This document shows positions 1-11,130 of a stretch of 64,000 bases of DNA, in pieces. The notes below the pieces were generated by a model. It had not been told where the DNA came from. It searched no databases and was given only the letters and a program-made list of their open reading frames with translations. Numbering within the stretch: the first letter of the stretch is position 1; the number at the start of each line of letters is the position of its first letter. This DNA is from Camelus dromedarius. Its lineage: Eukaryota. The position numbers and the translations under genes were made by a program. The stretch covers positions 7,254,001-7,318,000 of the forward strand of contig NC_087437.1 of the NCBI RefSeq assembly GCF_036321535.1, read 5' to 3'.

Positions 1-1782
1 AAAGGCAATCTAGGGCACTGTCTTTTGCTCTAGGACCAGAACCGGGCCAAGGTTCTCACGGATACTGATCATGGCTCTGGGGCAAGCGGGGTGCACAGAC
101 AACGGCAGAAACACTGTGACTACGAGAAGACAGAATAAGAGTAGGAAAGTGGGGTATGACTTGATGAACAAGCCACACAAATTCACAGGAAGTAGGCTTC
201 ATCCGTTCTAGTGTCTGTGGTTTTCTTGAATTCTCTTCAGATCTTATTCTGGGAAAAGAAAGTTATCAGGTCAATAGTGGTAATGTACTCTGTTTTGTTT
301 TGTTTTGACTCTGTTCTACATGGGCAGAAGGAGGAGAGATACGCACTCAACAATGGGGACTAGAGAAGGAAAGAGATCCTGGAAAGGAATCCCCAATGCA
401 ATTTGGGGAGGGATGGGAGACCAGAGGAGGAAGGACCAAGTTGTGTCTTCAGAGATGCAAAAAGCAAAACATTTACTAGAGGAGTGCAGACGACTTCCAG
501 CCACTTTTCTTGGTTGACTGAAAATCGTTCCTTCTCCTCTAATATCACTAATGAAACCACGCGGTGATGTCACTTCTGATCACGCTGTAATCTGAGTTGC
601 TGATCTTGCGATAACAAGCTTCCTTTTTGCGCATTCACAGCAGAGTGACAGTGGAAAAGACCTTCAGGTTAACTGTGAGTAGGTGGAACTTGTCAAGAAA
701 AATAACTTCACCACAACAACAACAAATGCCATGAGAGACAGACACGTCTTCGGGAGAGCAGAGGGGAAAAAAGAGCAAAGTCTGAGTACTATTACTCATG
801 TGAAAGAAGAGTCATTTCTTTAATAGGAAGTAACCCATTCACACAAATGTAACTTTGTGGTCCCTCAGAAGTACGTAAATACTACCAATCCGTCCACCAC
901 AGATTACCATCAAAATTTCTCGGGAAATGCCTCATTAGAGAGTCTTTAAAGAAAAATATGAGTATGCATCAGTCAAACAATTTCAGAAAGACGTTCAACC
1001 CTATCTACTATCATATTAATTTCCTTCCCTTCCCCAGCTACCACATTTTGCCAAATTTAGTCTGACTTTTGAATTAAGGCCAAACATGAACCTTTTTAAC
1101 CACACTCATCTTTGCAAGAGAAAGCTGTTTCCTGTTTCTAAGAGGAAGGCCTTAAATGGTCTGAAGAAAACTGTTCTCTGGCATTAAATAGTTCTTCCCA
1201 GATATCTTTATTGGATACTGGATGGAATAATTCCATCCCATAAAACTTGACAGAAAATCTTTGGGGAAAATGGGTTCAGGATTTTTAAAGCCTAGACATT
1301 AGAAGATAATTTAACAGAGATGGATGTTCTCAAAACCACCCACATAACTTGGGTGTTCACCCTTCTCTCTCTCACGCTCTAGCCGTGGTACTGTGAACCC
1401 CATGTGCCTCCCACTAAGAGATCGCCAGTGCTCACATCAGGGTTTCCAGCAGACATTGCATCAGAAAGATCCACATGTGATGTATTTTGAATTGTGAACG
1501 AGTTTCTTCTCTCTGGTCCACTGAGGTTGATCTCCATCAGTTGTTGGCCTGCTGAAGACGAGGTGGCTTGGTTGTGGTTTTAGTTTACTGTGTTTTTCCA
1601 GGTTGGAGTTCCTGGTCCACCACCTCATAGACCACCCCCCATCCCCAGCTAAGCTTGTTAAAAACTATGTCTCTGTCCAACCCCAGGCCTATAAATCAGA
1701 ACCTCTTCGCAAGTGGGATTCTGAAATTGATATTTTTAACCTATTTCTTAAATGACTCTTGTCTGTTTAGTAGATTGTGTAA

Positions 1783-1992
1783 ATCTGCAGATACTAACTA
1801 CTATATATAAAATAGATAAACAAGTTTATACTGTAGAGCACAGGGAAGTATGTTCAATATCTCATAGTAACCTATAATGAAAAAGAATATGAAAATAAAT
1901 ATATGTATGTATGTGCATGACTGAACTATTATGCTGTACACCAGAAACTGACACAACATTGTAAACTGACTATACTTCAATTAAAAAAAAAA
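1783..1992 (+). mobile_element. LINE-1 3' end, 5'-truncated (young cetartiodactyl/camelid type)
   Basis: gcagatactaactactatatataaaatagataaac...tgctgtacaccagaaactgacacaacattgtaaactgactatacttcaa followed by an A-tail; closely similar to the L1 3'UTR at 7360-7563 and 9338-9566. Confidence 0.9.
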
Positions 1993-2123
1993 GATTTAAA
2001 GACAAGAAAGCTTAATATACATCTTACAAATTGAGAAGGAAAGAAAAAGGATTAAGGTGGCATAGGATATTTTGGAGAACAGGATTTCTTTGAAGAAAAA
2101 GAAAATTATACTACAAAACCATT

Positions 2124-2147
2124 TGTGTGTGTGTGTGTATGTGTGTG
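2124..2147. repeat. (TG)n microsatellite
   Basis: Interrupted TG run seen directly. Confidence 0.85.
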
Positions 2148-3393
2148 CTTATGTACACAACTAATTTCTTAATTGCATCCTTTATCCAGGCTCTATTCCT
2201 TACTCCCTGATTTTACTTTTTTTCCATTTAGTCTGTTTTAACATCTCTGCCAGAAGAAGAAAAGGGAAACTAACAGGAAAAATAGGTGAAATTTAAGAAT
2301 TTAATATGCCCTTAAAAGTAATTTAACATTTAAAAAAATATCGATTTTGACCTTTTCAAGGCTGCGATTTGGCATTATCCAGTTTGTGTTTTGCATAGTG
2401 TCGATATGTTGAGAAGTGGAAACGTAGCTAGCATTATTTTTCAGACCTCGGTTAACATTATTTACTCTATTAAAATGATGTCGTTATTTATTTAGTTATA
2501 TTAAAGAAAGAGTGCATACAAAGGTACAGGTCACTTTTTAAAGATATGAGAAGAAACATGAATTTTAAAAATATACCCTGTGGTTAAACCTAATCACCCT
2601 TCAGTGATTTTAACACACCTTCTCTTTTTCATGCCATCAAAAGAAACTGGAAGAATTTTTCTTTTTTTAAGATTTCAATATCCTGAGTCTTCCGAAAACT
2701 GCTTCTAATAAAATAAGAAAGGTTCATTGTCACCAAATTCCAGTCGCAATAGCAATCTGGAATCTGCTCTCCACTGGATTTCCAACATGGGGGAGAAATA
2801 ATGTTTTTTATGATGATTATGTAGACTACACAGTGATTCCCTTGACTTTGAGGCTGACATTTAATTTCCAGCCCGTTTGGATTAAAACCTAAAATTATGT
2901 TGTTATTTTAGTTTAGAATTCTTAGTCTTCTCATAATCATCATTAGTGAAATTCTTGCTTTGTTCAGAGAGTTATTGTTATAATCATCAGTAATGATAGC
3001 TATTATTATTAACAATGCAGGCCAGACAATAAGGTTTGGACTGAATCTGATGCTCGGTGTTTGCATCGCCATGGCCCCACCATGCACAAGTGCACCTGAA
3101 TGAAAGCAGCCTGGGGAGCCCACCCAGCCTGGTCACAGTCACGCAGCATCTTGGGGAGAACCTGGCAAAATGAATTGGAAGCATCAACCAGGTAGGGAAT
3201 TTGGGGGCTAGTCCTCCAGTGACTTGAGAAGAAAGACTTTTCTTGAAGGATAACAAGCTTATTCACTAGAAGGTGAAAGATCAGACTAGATGCAGAACAT
3301 TCTTGGAAACCTTGATGATGGCCAGGTCAAAGTTCAGGCAGGGGTAAGACAGGGTTACGTGGGGCAAAAAAACAGTCTATTTCAAAACATGGT

Positions 3394-3582
3394 AACAACA
3401 AGGTTGTACTGTAGAGCACGTGGAACTATATTCAGTATCTCATAATAACCTGTAATGGAAAAGAATCTGAAAAAGAACCTGTATATCTATGGATAACTAA
3501 ATCACTTTGCTGTACACCACCTGAAATGAACACAATGTTGTAAATCAACTATACTTCAATTTAAAATTTTTTTTCAATAAAT
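3394..3582 (+). mobile_element. LINE-1 3' end fragment, older variant
   Basis: aacaacaagg...tgtagagcac...aaaagaatctgaaaaagaa...aatcactttgctgtacacc...gtaaatcaactatacttcaat; possible degenerate TSD aaaa(c)atggt on both sides. Confidence 0.85.
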
Positions 3583-4270
3583 GAAAATGGTGAGTTCAGG
3601 TCAAGTTGGGTGAAAGCCAAGAATAATGAATATCTCCCCAGTTTGTTTTCTGAGTGAGTTGCCCCTCAAGAACTCTAGTCTTCACTCCCCATCTTTGCAG
3701 ATGCAAACTTTCCTTGAGCCCTGTGTGCCCTTCTTCCAGCCTGACCCCCTAAAAGCTCATCAAAGAGTAGTGTTACCATGTTAGGTCCGCCAAGGCCAGG
3801 CACAGTGCTGGGAGCCCAAGCAGAGTTGCTGTTACTGCCCCTCCACCTGCCTGCAGGTGGAGGAGGGTAGAGAGTCCGTCCTGGGAGGGGTTTAGTGAGG
3901 GATGGGGTCCAGCCTCTCAACCTACGGGCACTGTCTCTGTGCTGTTTATTTTAGTCCAGTGATAACAATAACTCTAAAAGTACCCTTTCTTCTTTGAAAA
4001 ATTTAGAAATGTCAACTATCCTTTTAGATAGTGAATGAACATGGGGGCACATACACATACACACACACACAGAGCAATAATATTTATTTTATCTTATCTC
4101 CAGGGAGCTCGCTTTGAGAGGAGGGAGCTGCAGGAGATGCAGGTAAGTACCAGGTAAGCAGAAGGGACAGAGATGTGGCTTCATGGGGTGGGGGTGGGGG
4201 GCGGAAGGAAAAGAATCCAGCTTGTAACAAACACTATATGCTGGGTTAATGGACTGAACGCTTTTAAAAA

Positions 4271-4370
4271 ATTTTTTTAATTATTTTTTTAAATGGAGGT
4301 ACTAGGGATTGAACCCAGGACCTTGAGCATGCTAAGCACTCGCTCTACCACTGAACTATACCCCGCCACC
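4271..4370 (-). mobile_element. tRNA-Ala-derived SINE (Vic-1-like), short form
   Basis: Minus strand reads ggggtatagttcagtggtagagcgagtgcttagcatgctcaaggtcctgggttcaatccctagtacctcca (A and B boxes) then an A-rich tail. Confidence 0.9.
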
Positions 4371-5539
4371 TCAGTTTCCCCTTTTTAAAACAAAAGTGAG
4401 GACTAAGTAACGGGTGACAAGTGACATGTACTCACAGCATCAGGACACGGAGTGCTGGCCCCACACCACCGTGACCTCTGTTAGGGCTTGTTTTCCACAG
4501 ACCACTTCGCCCATCTAGACCTTCAGTTTTCTCATCTGCAAAACGTGTTTAATCATATTAACATGTTTCCCAGGGAAGTAATGTGGTACGTTAATATTTG
4601 GGAAGCCCTTGGAGATCTGAGGCTAAAAGGTACATTACACGAAGTAGTGTTCACGGCTCTCCTCCCCACCCCCCCAACCATCACAATGCCCCCATCATAT
4701 ACTTATTTCTGCAAAGTTCATGTAAATGATTCCAGGCTGTTTTCTTGAAGATAAATTAATGCCTGTGGTATTTCTCCAGAGGAACCTGACATAATCATCA
4801 CAAAATTTAAAAAATTAAGAATAAAAGGAGTCACAGTGACATCCAGCGAAGGCTAAGGGTTTTAAAAACCCATAAGAAAACAGATTTCAGTTCTAGGCTC
4901 TTACGGGGTTATGATAAGCAACAGTGAGTAATAATGATTACAAAAAATGAGGAGAAACACATTGACAGTGTCATTCGAAAACAATTGTGTTAAGAGGCTT
5001 TTTACACACATTTTACACAGTGTGGAGATCCAAAATGGGTTTTAGACGATATTAAGAGGATTGTTTTCAAGGTATTAAATCCACAAAGAGCAAGGATGAA
5101 AGATACGGTGAATTGGCCAGCCTAGAGAATCCAGCCCAGGGAACAGATTCAGCTAAAGAAGGGTCCTCTCTGGACTTGAAGGAGTTCAAACATCTTTAAA
5201 CACTAAAGTGATTCCTGTTACACATATTCAACTTCAAATGTGTTCTCTGTTCCCCTCCAGCTGCTTGTCTCCACATGCGTGAACTCCTGGTATTGGAAGT
5301 GAATGCCACTTGATTTGTCGTTGATCGGAGTGGCAAAAAGTGTGGGCAACTCAGTTCCTCTTTTCTAAAACTTGAGTGACATTCTTCTGCCTCTCCCTCC
5401 CTCCCACCTCAAACCAGTTCCTCTTTTGGTCCTCCAGATTTTAGTGAACATGACGGTCATCTTCCTGGTCAACCAGATGTAAAACCACAGCATTCCTCTG
5501 CCTTCGCCATGACGCTACCTGTCACACCGAACGCGTCAC

Positions 5540-5714
5540 TACACTTCTTGAAGCAAGTGGGAACTGAACACCCACATGAACCCCTGGGAGATCTTGTTCT
5601 GATGCACATGCCGATCCTGTCGGTCAGGGATGGAACCTGAGACTCTGCATCTCTCACGAACTTGCCAAGGATGCCCAGGTTGGTGGGGCATGGACCACAT
5701 TATGAATAGCAAGG
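5540..5714. mobile_element. MER5A-like hAT-Charlie DNA transposon fossil
   Basis: cctgggagatcttgtt...cctgagactctgcatctct...ggaccacattatgaatagcaagg resembles the MER5A consensus. Confidence 0.7.
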
Positions 5715-6859
5715 CATAACTTTTGTTTCCAGCAAGAGGATGGCTTTCTGTTGATATAACTCTCTCCTTTCTGACCTTTTTAAAAGAAATTCCCAGCCCA
5801 GGTGGGACTGAACTGACAATTCCAAGCATATCATGCTTTGAATTAATTTTTTTAAAGGAATAAAACAAGGAACATCATGAGATACAAACTCTAAGCAACT
5901 GGTCAGCAAACGAATCTTCTCCGTCCGTCATTTCCGGTCTGACAGCTGTTTGCATACTATACTTAGCATGCTTCCCTACTCTTGTAGGCTTGTTTGGTCA
6001 TCCTTTATTCCTTCAACCAATATTCTTTGAGGGTCCACTATGTGTGAGACACTAAAGTACACTCAGTGAATGAAAACAATAAAATAATACGATTTCCCAC
6101 CATCAACACCTGGCAATCTTCCATAGGAAAGAGTCAAGTAAGCAAAGAAATGCAGGTGGAGTTCACATTTTCCTGTGCCCAGAATGCTCTCGTCACTGTT
6201 CTGAATTCCTTTTTCCCACCTCCAAACCATCACTGTCACTCACACCACTGAACTATATTTTGTGATTCTCTAATACAAGTCACAATTGTAATCCTTAGAA
6301 ATGTTGCACTGTCCATGATCCAATTCTGATATGTTTTCAAAAGTTGTGTTATAAAAATGGTTCCAAGGCGAGGGGTTATGATTTTGAGTCTGGATTATTT
6401 TAAGGTTCACAAGGACTGAAAATTCAAAAGCAGCTATGACTCTAAATAAACGAAAGGAAAACTAAAAATCACTGATAAAGTGTAGTCAGTAACACCCAGC
6501 AGTAATAGTCCTGCTAAGACGTGAATTCGAATGTAACAGGGTTGGCGATTGGCTTCCATCCCTGTCACAGTCCCTGTTGTCAACCGGAGTCTCTTGGAGG
6601 AGCTGATGGGCACATGGGGAGACCAGGGTCAGGGGAAAGCGCAGCGTCTTGCGGAGTGTAGGGGAAGGAGCACAGGGCCGGGGACCCCCAGTTCTTCCCA
6701 GCTCCACTTCTTCAGAGGAGGATCTTTTTACTACTCAGAAGATTGCTGGATGTTTCAGTCAGCCCCTGGATCCAGAAACATCCCCATGTAATCTACCACT
6801 AGTTGGCGCTAACTGTAACCAGGAGGATTTAGGATCACACAGATCAGAAACTGTGGACA

Positions 6860-6938
6860 GAGACTCATGGACATAGAAAACAAACTTATGGTTACTAGTG
6901 GGGAAAGGGGTGGGAGGGATAATTGGGAGTTCAAGATT
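6860..6938 (+). mobile_element. LINE-1 3'UTR fragment forming the 5' part of a composite insertion
   Basis: agactcatggacatagaaaacaaacttatggttac...gggataattgggagttcaagatt is homologous to 7281-7358 of the downstream L1 but has different diagnostic bases. Confidence 0.85.
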
Positions 6939-7017
6939 CCCAAATGGACAGGAGAAAAAATTTAAAATATTTACAGAAGGAAGGAAAGAATGAAAGAGAT
7001 GTCCAAAGGGGCACAAC

Positions 7018-7579
7018 TACTATTTACAGGAGCCAAGACATGGAAACAACCTAAATGTCCATCGACAGATGACTGGATAAAGAAGTGGTACACATATACA
7101 ATGGAATACTATTCAGCTATAAAAAATAATAATATAACACCATTCACAGCAACATGGATGGGCATGGAGATTGTCATTCTAAGTGAAGTAAGCCAGAAAG
7201 AGAAAGAAAAATACCATATGATATCTCTTGTATGTGGAATCTAAAAAAAAGACACAAATGAGCTTATTTACAAAACAGAAAGACTCAGACATAGAAAACA
7301 AACTTATGGTTACCAAAGGGGGAAAGAGTGGGAAGGGATAAATTGGGAGTTCAGGATTTATAGATACTAACTAGTATATATAAAATAGATAGACAAGTTT
7401 ATACTGTATAGCACAGGAAACTAAATTCAATATCTTATAATAACCTATGATGAAAAATGTATGTAAATGAATATAGATATGTGTATGTATGACTGAAGCA
7501 TTATGCTGTATACCACAAATTGACACAACATTGTAAACTGATTATACTTCAATGTAAAAAAAATGGGAAGAGAAAATAA
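7018..7579 (+). mobile_element. LINE-1 ORF2 C-terminal remnant, 3'UTR and A-rich tail
   Basis: Translates as LFTGAKTWKQPKCPSTDDWIKK..YTMEYYSAIK (L1 ORF2p C-terminus), followed by the 3'UTR and tail. TSD pair at 6846-6859 and 7580-7593 brackets the whole composite insertion. Confidence 0.95.
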
Positions 7580-7904
7580 AGAAACTGCAGACAACACCGG
7601 AAATATGCAGGTTGCACAACTGGTTTCTTTGACATCACAATGACATCACTCCATGTTTTGCACACTTGGAGTTGACTCTGTTGGATTCCAGTGTGCCCCT
7701 TACCTCTACTGATGGCTTTTCTCTTTCTACCATATTTGTCCAGAGCTCATTCATTTTATCTCCTTTTCACTTATTTTATGAAAAATCCCAGAACCATTCA
7801 AATAAAAGTAGCTTTATCTCTGTGAATTCCTGATCAAGGCAACCCAATATCCAGTAGCACTCTGCTAATGCACCTCACTAGGCCATCACAAATCATAATA
7901 CAAT

Positions 7905-8135
7905 ATAAAACAGAGTGTTTACAATGTGCCAGACATTATCCTAAATGTTCTATAGGAATTGGCTTATTTAATCTTTACAGCAACCTTAGGGGCCCTTTGC
8001 TACTATCATTCCTGTATTACAAATGAGGAATGTAAGGCAGAGGGAGGTTAAGTAATTTGTCCAAGGTCACACAGCAGGTAACTCTCAGAGCTAGGATTCA
8101 AACCTACACAGTCTAGCTCTGGAGTTTAGACTCTG
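7905..8135 (-). mobile_element. MIR SINE
   Basis: Reverse complement of the MIR core: acaaatgaggaa...gaggttaagtaatttgtccaaggtcacacagc...ggattcaaacc. Confidence 0.85.
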
Positions 8136-8534
8136 TACTGTCCTTCAATCACGAAGACTCTCCAGGCCTTGCTAGATTGTGTTTAGATGTTATTCTAGAG
8201 GCAATATGGAGTCATTGACGGGTTTTCTGAGACAGGTGAGATCAGATCAAATACCTGAAGAAAATGGAGAGGAGTTGGAAGATGCAAGGTAGATCCTGAA
8301 GGTAGAATCAGCAGGGCTCATTGGTGGACTGAAAACAGCAGGAGGGTGAAATTAGCAACCTTTTGTTCGCCTGAATAAAAACTGTGGCCCCGTTTCTTCT
8401 TTAATGCATAGTAGCTGGGGACGAAATTGCTGGATTTCCTGAGCAATCATTTCTACATTGCAAACTCTTTGTGGCTAAGAGCCTGGGCCCTTGAATCAGA
8501 CAGGCTATGGTACAAATTCCTGTTATAATAACAG

Positions 8535-8720
8535 CCGACATTTGATGGCGTGTCACTGAGGCTCTATGGTAGTGTTTACAGGAATTATGACTTTTAATCT
8601 TCATAATAATCCTGAGGGAGATACAGCTACTGTCTTCCAATGAAAAAAAATCTGAACTCTCAGATTGGTTAAAAAGTGTGTCCAGGGTTATACTGCTAGG
8701 GTATGGAACAGAGATTCCAA
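8535..8720 (-). mobile_element. MIR SINE, degenerate
   Basis: tttaatcttcataataatcctgagggag...ggttaaaaagtgtgtccagggttatactgctag. Confidence 0.6.
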
Positions 8721-9337
8721 AAAAAAGTATTACCTAATTTAAGGAGCTGTTGTAGCCCATTGTCAGACTGCCAGATCTGATACTTGTCAGTTGTCATATG
8801 TTTGGCATTTCATTTAAAATCCCTTAACTTCTGTCTCCCTCCTCTGAAAATGGGCTTGTCACGTAACCTCCTTCATTGTCACGTGATGACGGAAAATAAA
8901 CAATAGACGGAAAGCTATGTCATGCATTCAAAAAATTAAAAACTCGACTAATAAAAGATGCTCATAATGTTTTACTCCTTCCAATAGGGTGATGGCACTG
9001 GAGAGAAGCTGGAATTTGCCAGACAGATGTTGGAGGTAGAATCAGCAGGGCTGGCTGATGGATTGAAAATGGCAGGAAGCTGAAACTAATTCTCTTCTGT
9101 TTTTCCAAATGAAAACTGTGAGTCCCTTTTTTCTCAAATGTAAACGTGAATTTCCTTCCAGATGCATTTTTTACTTTATGGAGGTGTGCCATGGTTCCAG
9201 ACACACAAGAATTGCTTTTCAAATGTTTGTCACCAGCCTCCTTTTTCAGTGGTTTCTTAAATAAATTCTGCAATAGTTGTGGGTTGGAGATTTGGGAGTC
9301 TGCTCATAATAAAAGAGATCCCCTAAAGCTTAATTCG

Positions 9338-9566
9338 TCGAGATTTTCAGGTACTAGCTAATTTATATAAAATAGATAAACAACAAGTTCATACTGTACA
9401 GCACAGGAACCATATTCAATATCTTGTAGTAACTTACGGTGAAAAAGAATATGAAAATGAATATATGTATGTTCATGTATGACTGAAGCACTATGCTGTA
9501 CACCAGAAATTGACACATTGTAAACTGACTATTCATATATATATATATACAAACAACAACAAAAAG
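9338..9566 (+). mobile_element. LINE-1 3' end, 5'-truncated
   Basis: Same L1 3'UTR as 1783-1992; tail has decayed to (AT)n and (AAC)n. Confidence 0.9.
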
Positions 9567-10359
9567 AACTGAGGTGTGATAGCCCTCTGCCTTTAGGTGA
9601 TGGTCAGACGTCCTCATTTCTTCCTGGATTAAGAGTCCGTGTAAACAGAAAAGCTATGTTTCTGAGTCTGCGATCTTATTTCCACAACTGTAAAAACAGT
9701 TAAATGTAACGATGTCAGAAAACCATTTCCATGTTGCACTTTTTCAGTATTAATTCGCTACTATCACTCTTGGTTACAATAATAGTAGTAGCATTCATGC
9801 TATTAGTAGTATTAGCTTCATGACTAATCAGGTTGTGGGGTTAGTGAGCAAACTTAAAAGAGAGGACAGATTGAGATTCCAAGCCGTCGAGTGAGTGGCT
9901 CACAATCGTGAAAGAAGACACTGGCATAACTAGGTTGCAGAATGGTGAACGGAAGCCTGACTCCTGCTCTCTGTGTATTAAACAATGAATTCTAATAAAA
10001 GAACTCTTAATCGCTGGCTGCATAATGACATCCTCACCAATACTGTTAATTGCAAAACAACCTCCGTGTGTTTGCACATAGCTGTTCATCCTCACGGCGA
10101 GGTTTACGCCGTTTCTCTTTCAGCTTTAAACTCCCATCATTTGTTCCTCCCTTCATTGATGGAGCAGGTGCTTCTGAAGCCTGTGTGCTGTTTCAGGCAC
10201 TATGCTTAGTACTGGAAACCAGAAATCAGTAAGTCACTGTCCTTCACACAAAAAAGCTGAACCCCTCAGTGTTTATTACACATGATATGTTTCTCAGTTG
10301 ACGTTTCTTTTTATTGGTAACATTTAAAAGTAGCCCCAAGTGCTTACGACAACTGACCC

Positions 10360-11130
10360 ACTTCATTCATTTATTTATTTGGTTAGTCAGTAAATTTTCA
10401 TGGAGAGCCCGTTATGTGCTATGAGGATGCAATGATAAGTGAGACAAATATAATCCCTCTCTCATGTGCCTTGTATTTTCTTGTAAAATATATTAAAAAC
10501 AAACAAAATAATGACAGACTATGATAAACACTATGGAAGACACAAATATGAGAAAGACAATAATAATCATTAAAATGGGGGGACCTATTTTAGAGACGAT
10601 GGCTAGTGAAGGGGCCTTTGGGGTGCCATTTAGTCTGAAATCTGGAACATGAGGAGAAATTTGCCATGTGAGGAGTGTGAAAATCAGTTCAGTAAAATAG
10701 CAGAGCATGAGACCTTGGGTCAAGAAAGTGCTAAGAGTTTTTCTTAAGCAGAAAAGAGACATGATCAGATTTGGTTTTCAAGACTGAAATGTTGGCTGCT
10801 GGGATAGAATAGGTTGGAGGAGGGGCAAGAATGAAAACTGGGAAACTTTTGCTTGGTTGGAAGATGATTGGGCAAAAGAAGATGGGGGCTGGTTGTCAGG
10901 GTGGTCGCAACCGACATGGACAGGAGAGGAAAGATGCAGGTAGATATTGGAGTAGAATCAGTAAGACATGCTGGGGATTGAAAACGGCATGAAGGTGAAA
11001 TTAGCAGTCCAGAATATCGTCCAAGTTCCCAGCTTGTAAAATTGGATGATTATTGTTGTCATTGACTGAGGGGAACCCTGGGTGATGGGAGGCAGGTTTT
11101 GAGGGGAGAAAATGGAAATTGAATACAAAG
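10360..11130 (-). mobile_element. LINE-2 3' fragment
   Basis: Starts ttcattcatttattt (L2 3' terminus reversed), then atgatcagatttg, gtagaatcag and ccaagttcccagcttg motifs typical of reversed L2. Confidence 0.75.

Noticed and set aside
6990..7244. 84-aa ORF as a gene
   Set aside because: It is the captured segment read into the L1 ORF2 C-terminus and 3'UTR; no evidence of expression.
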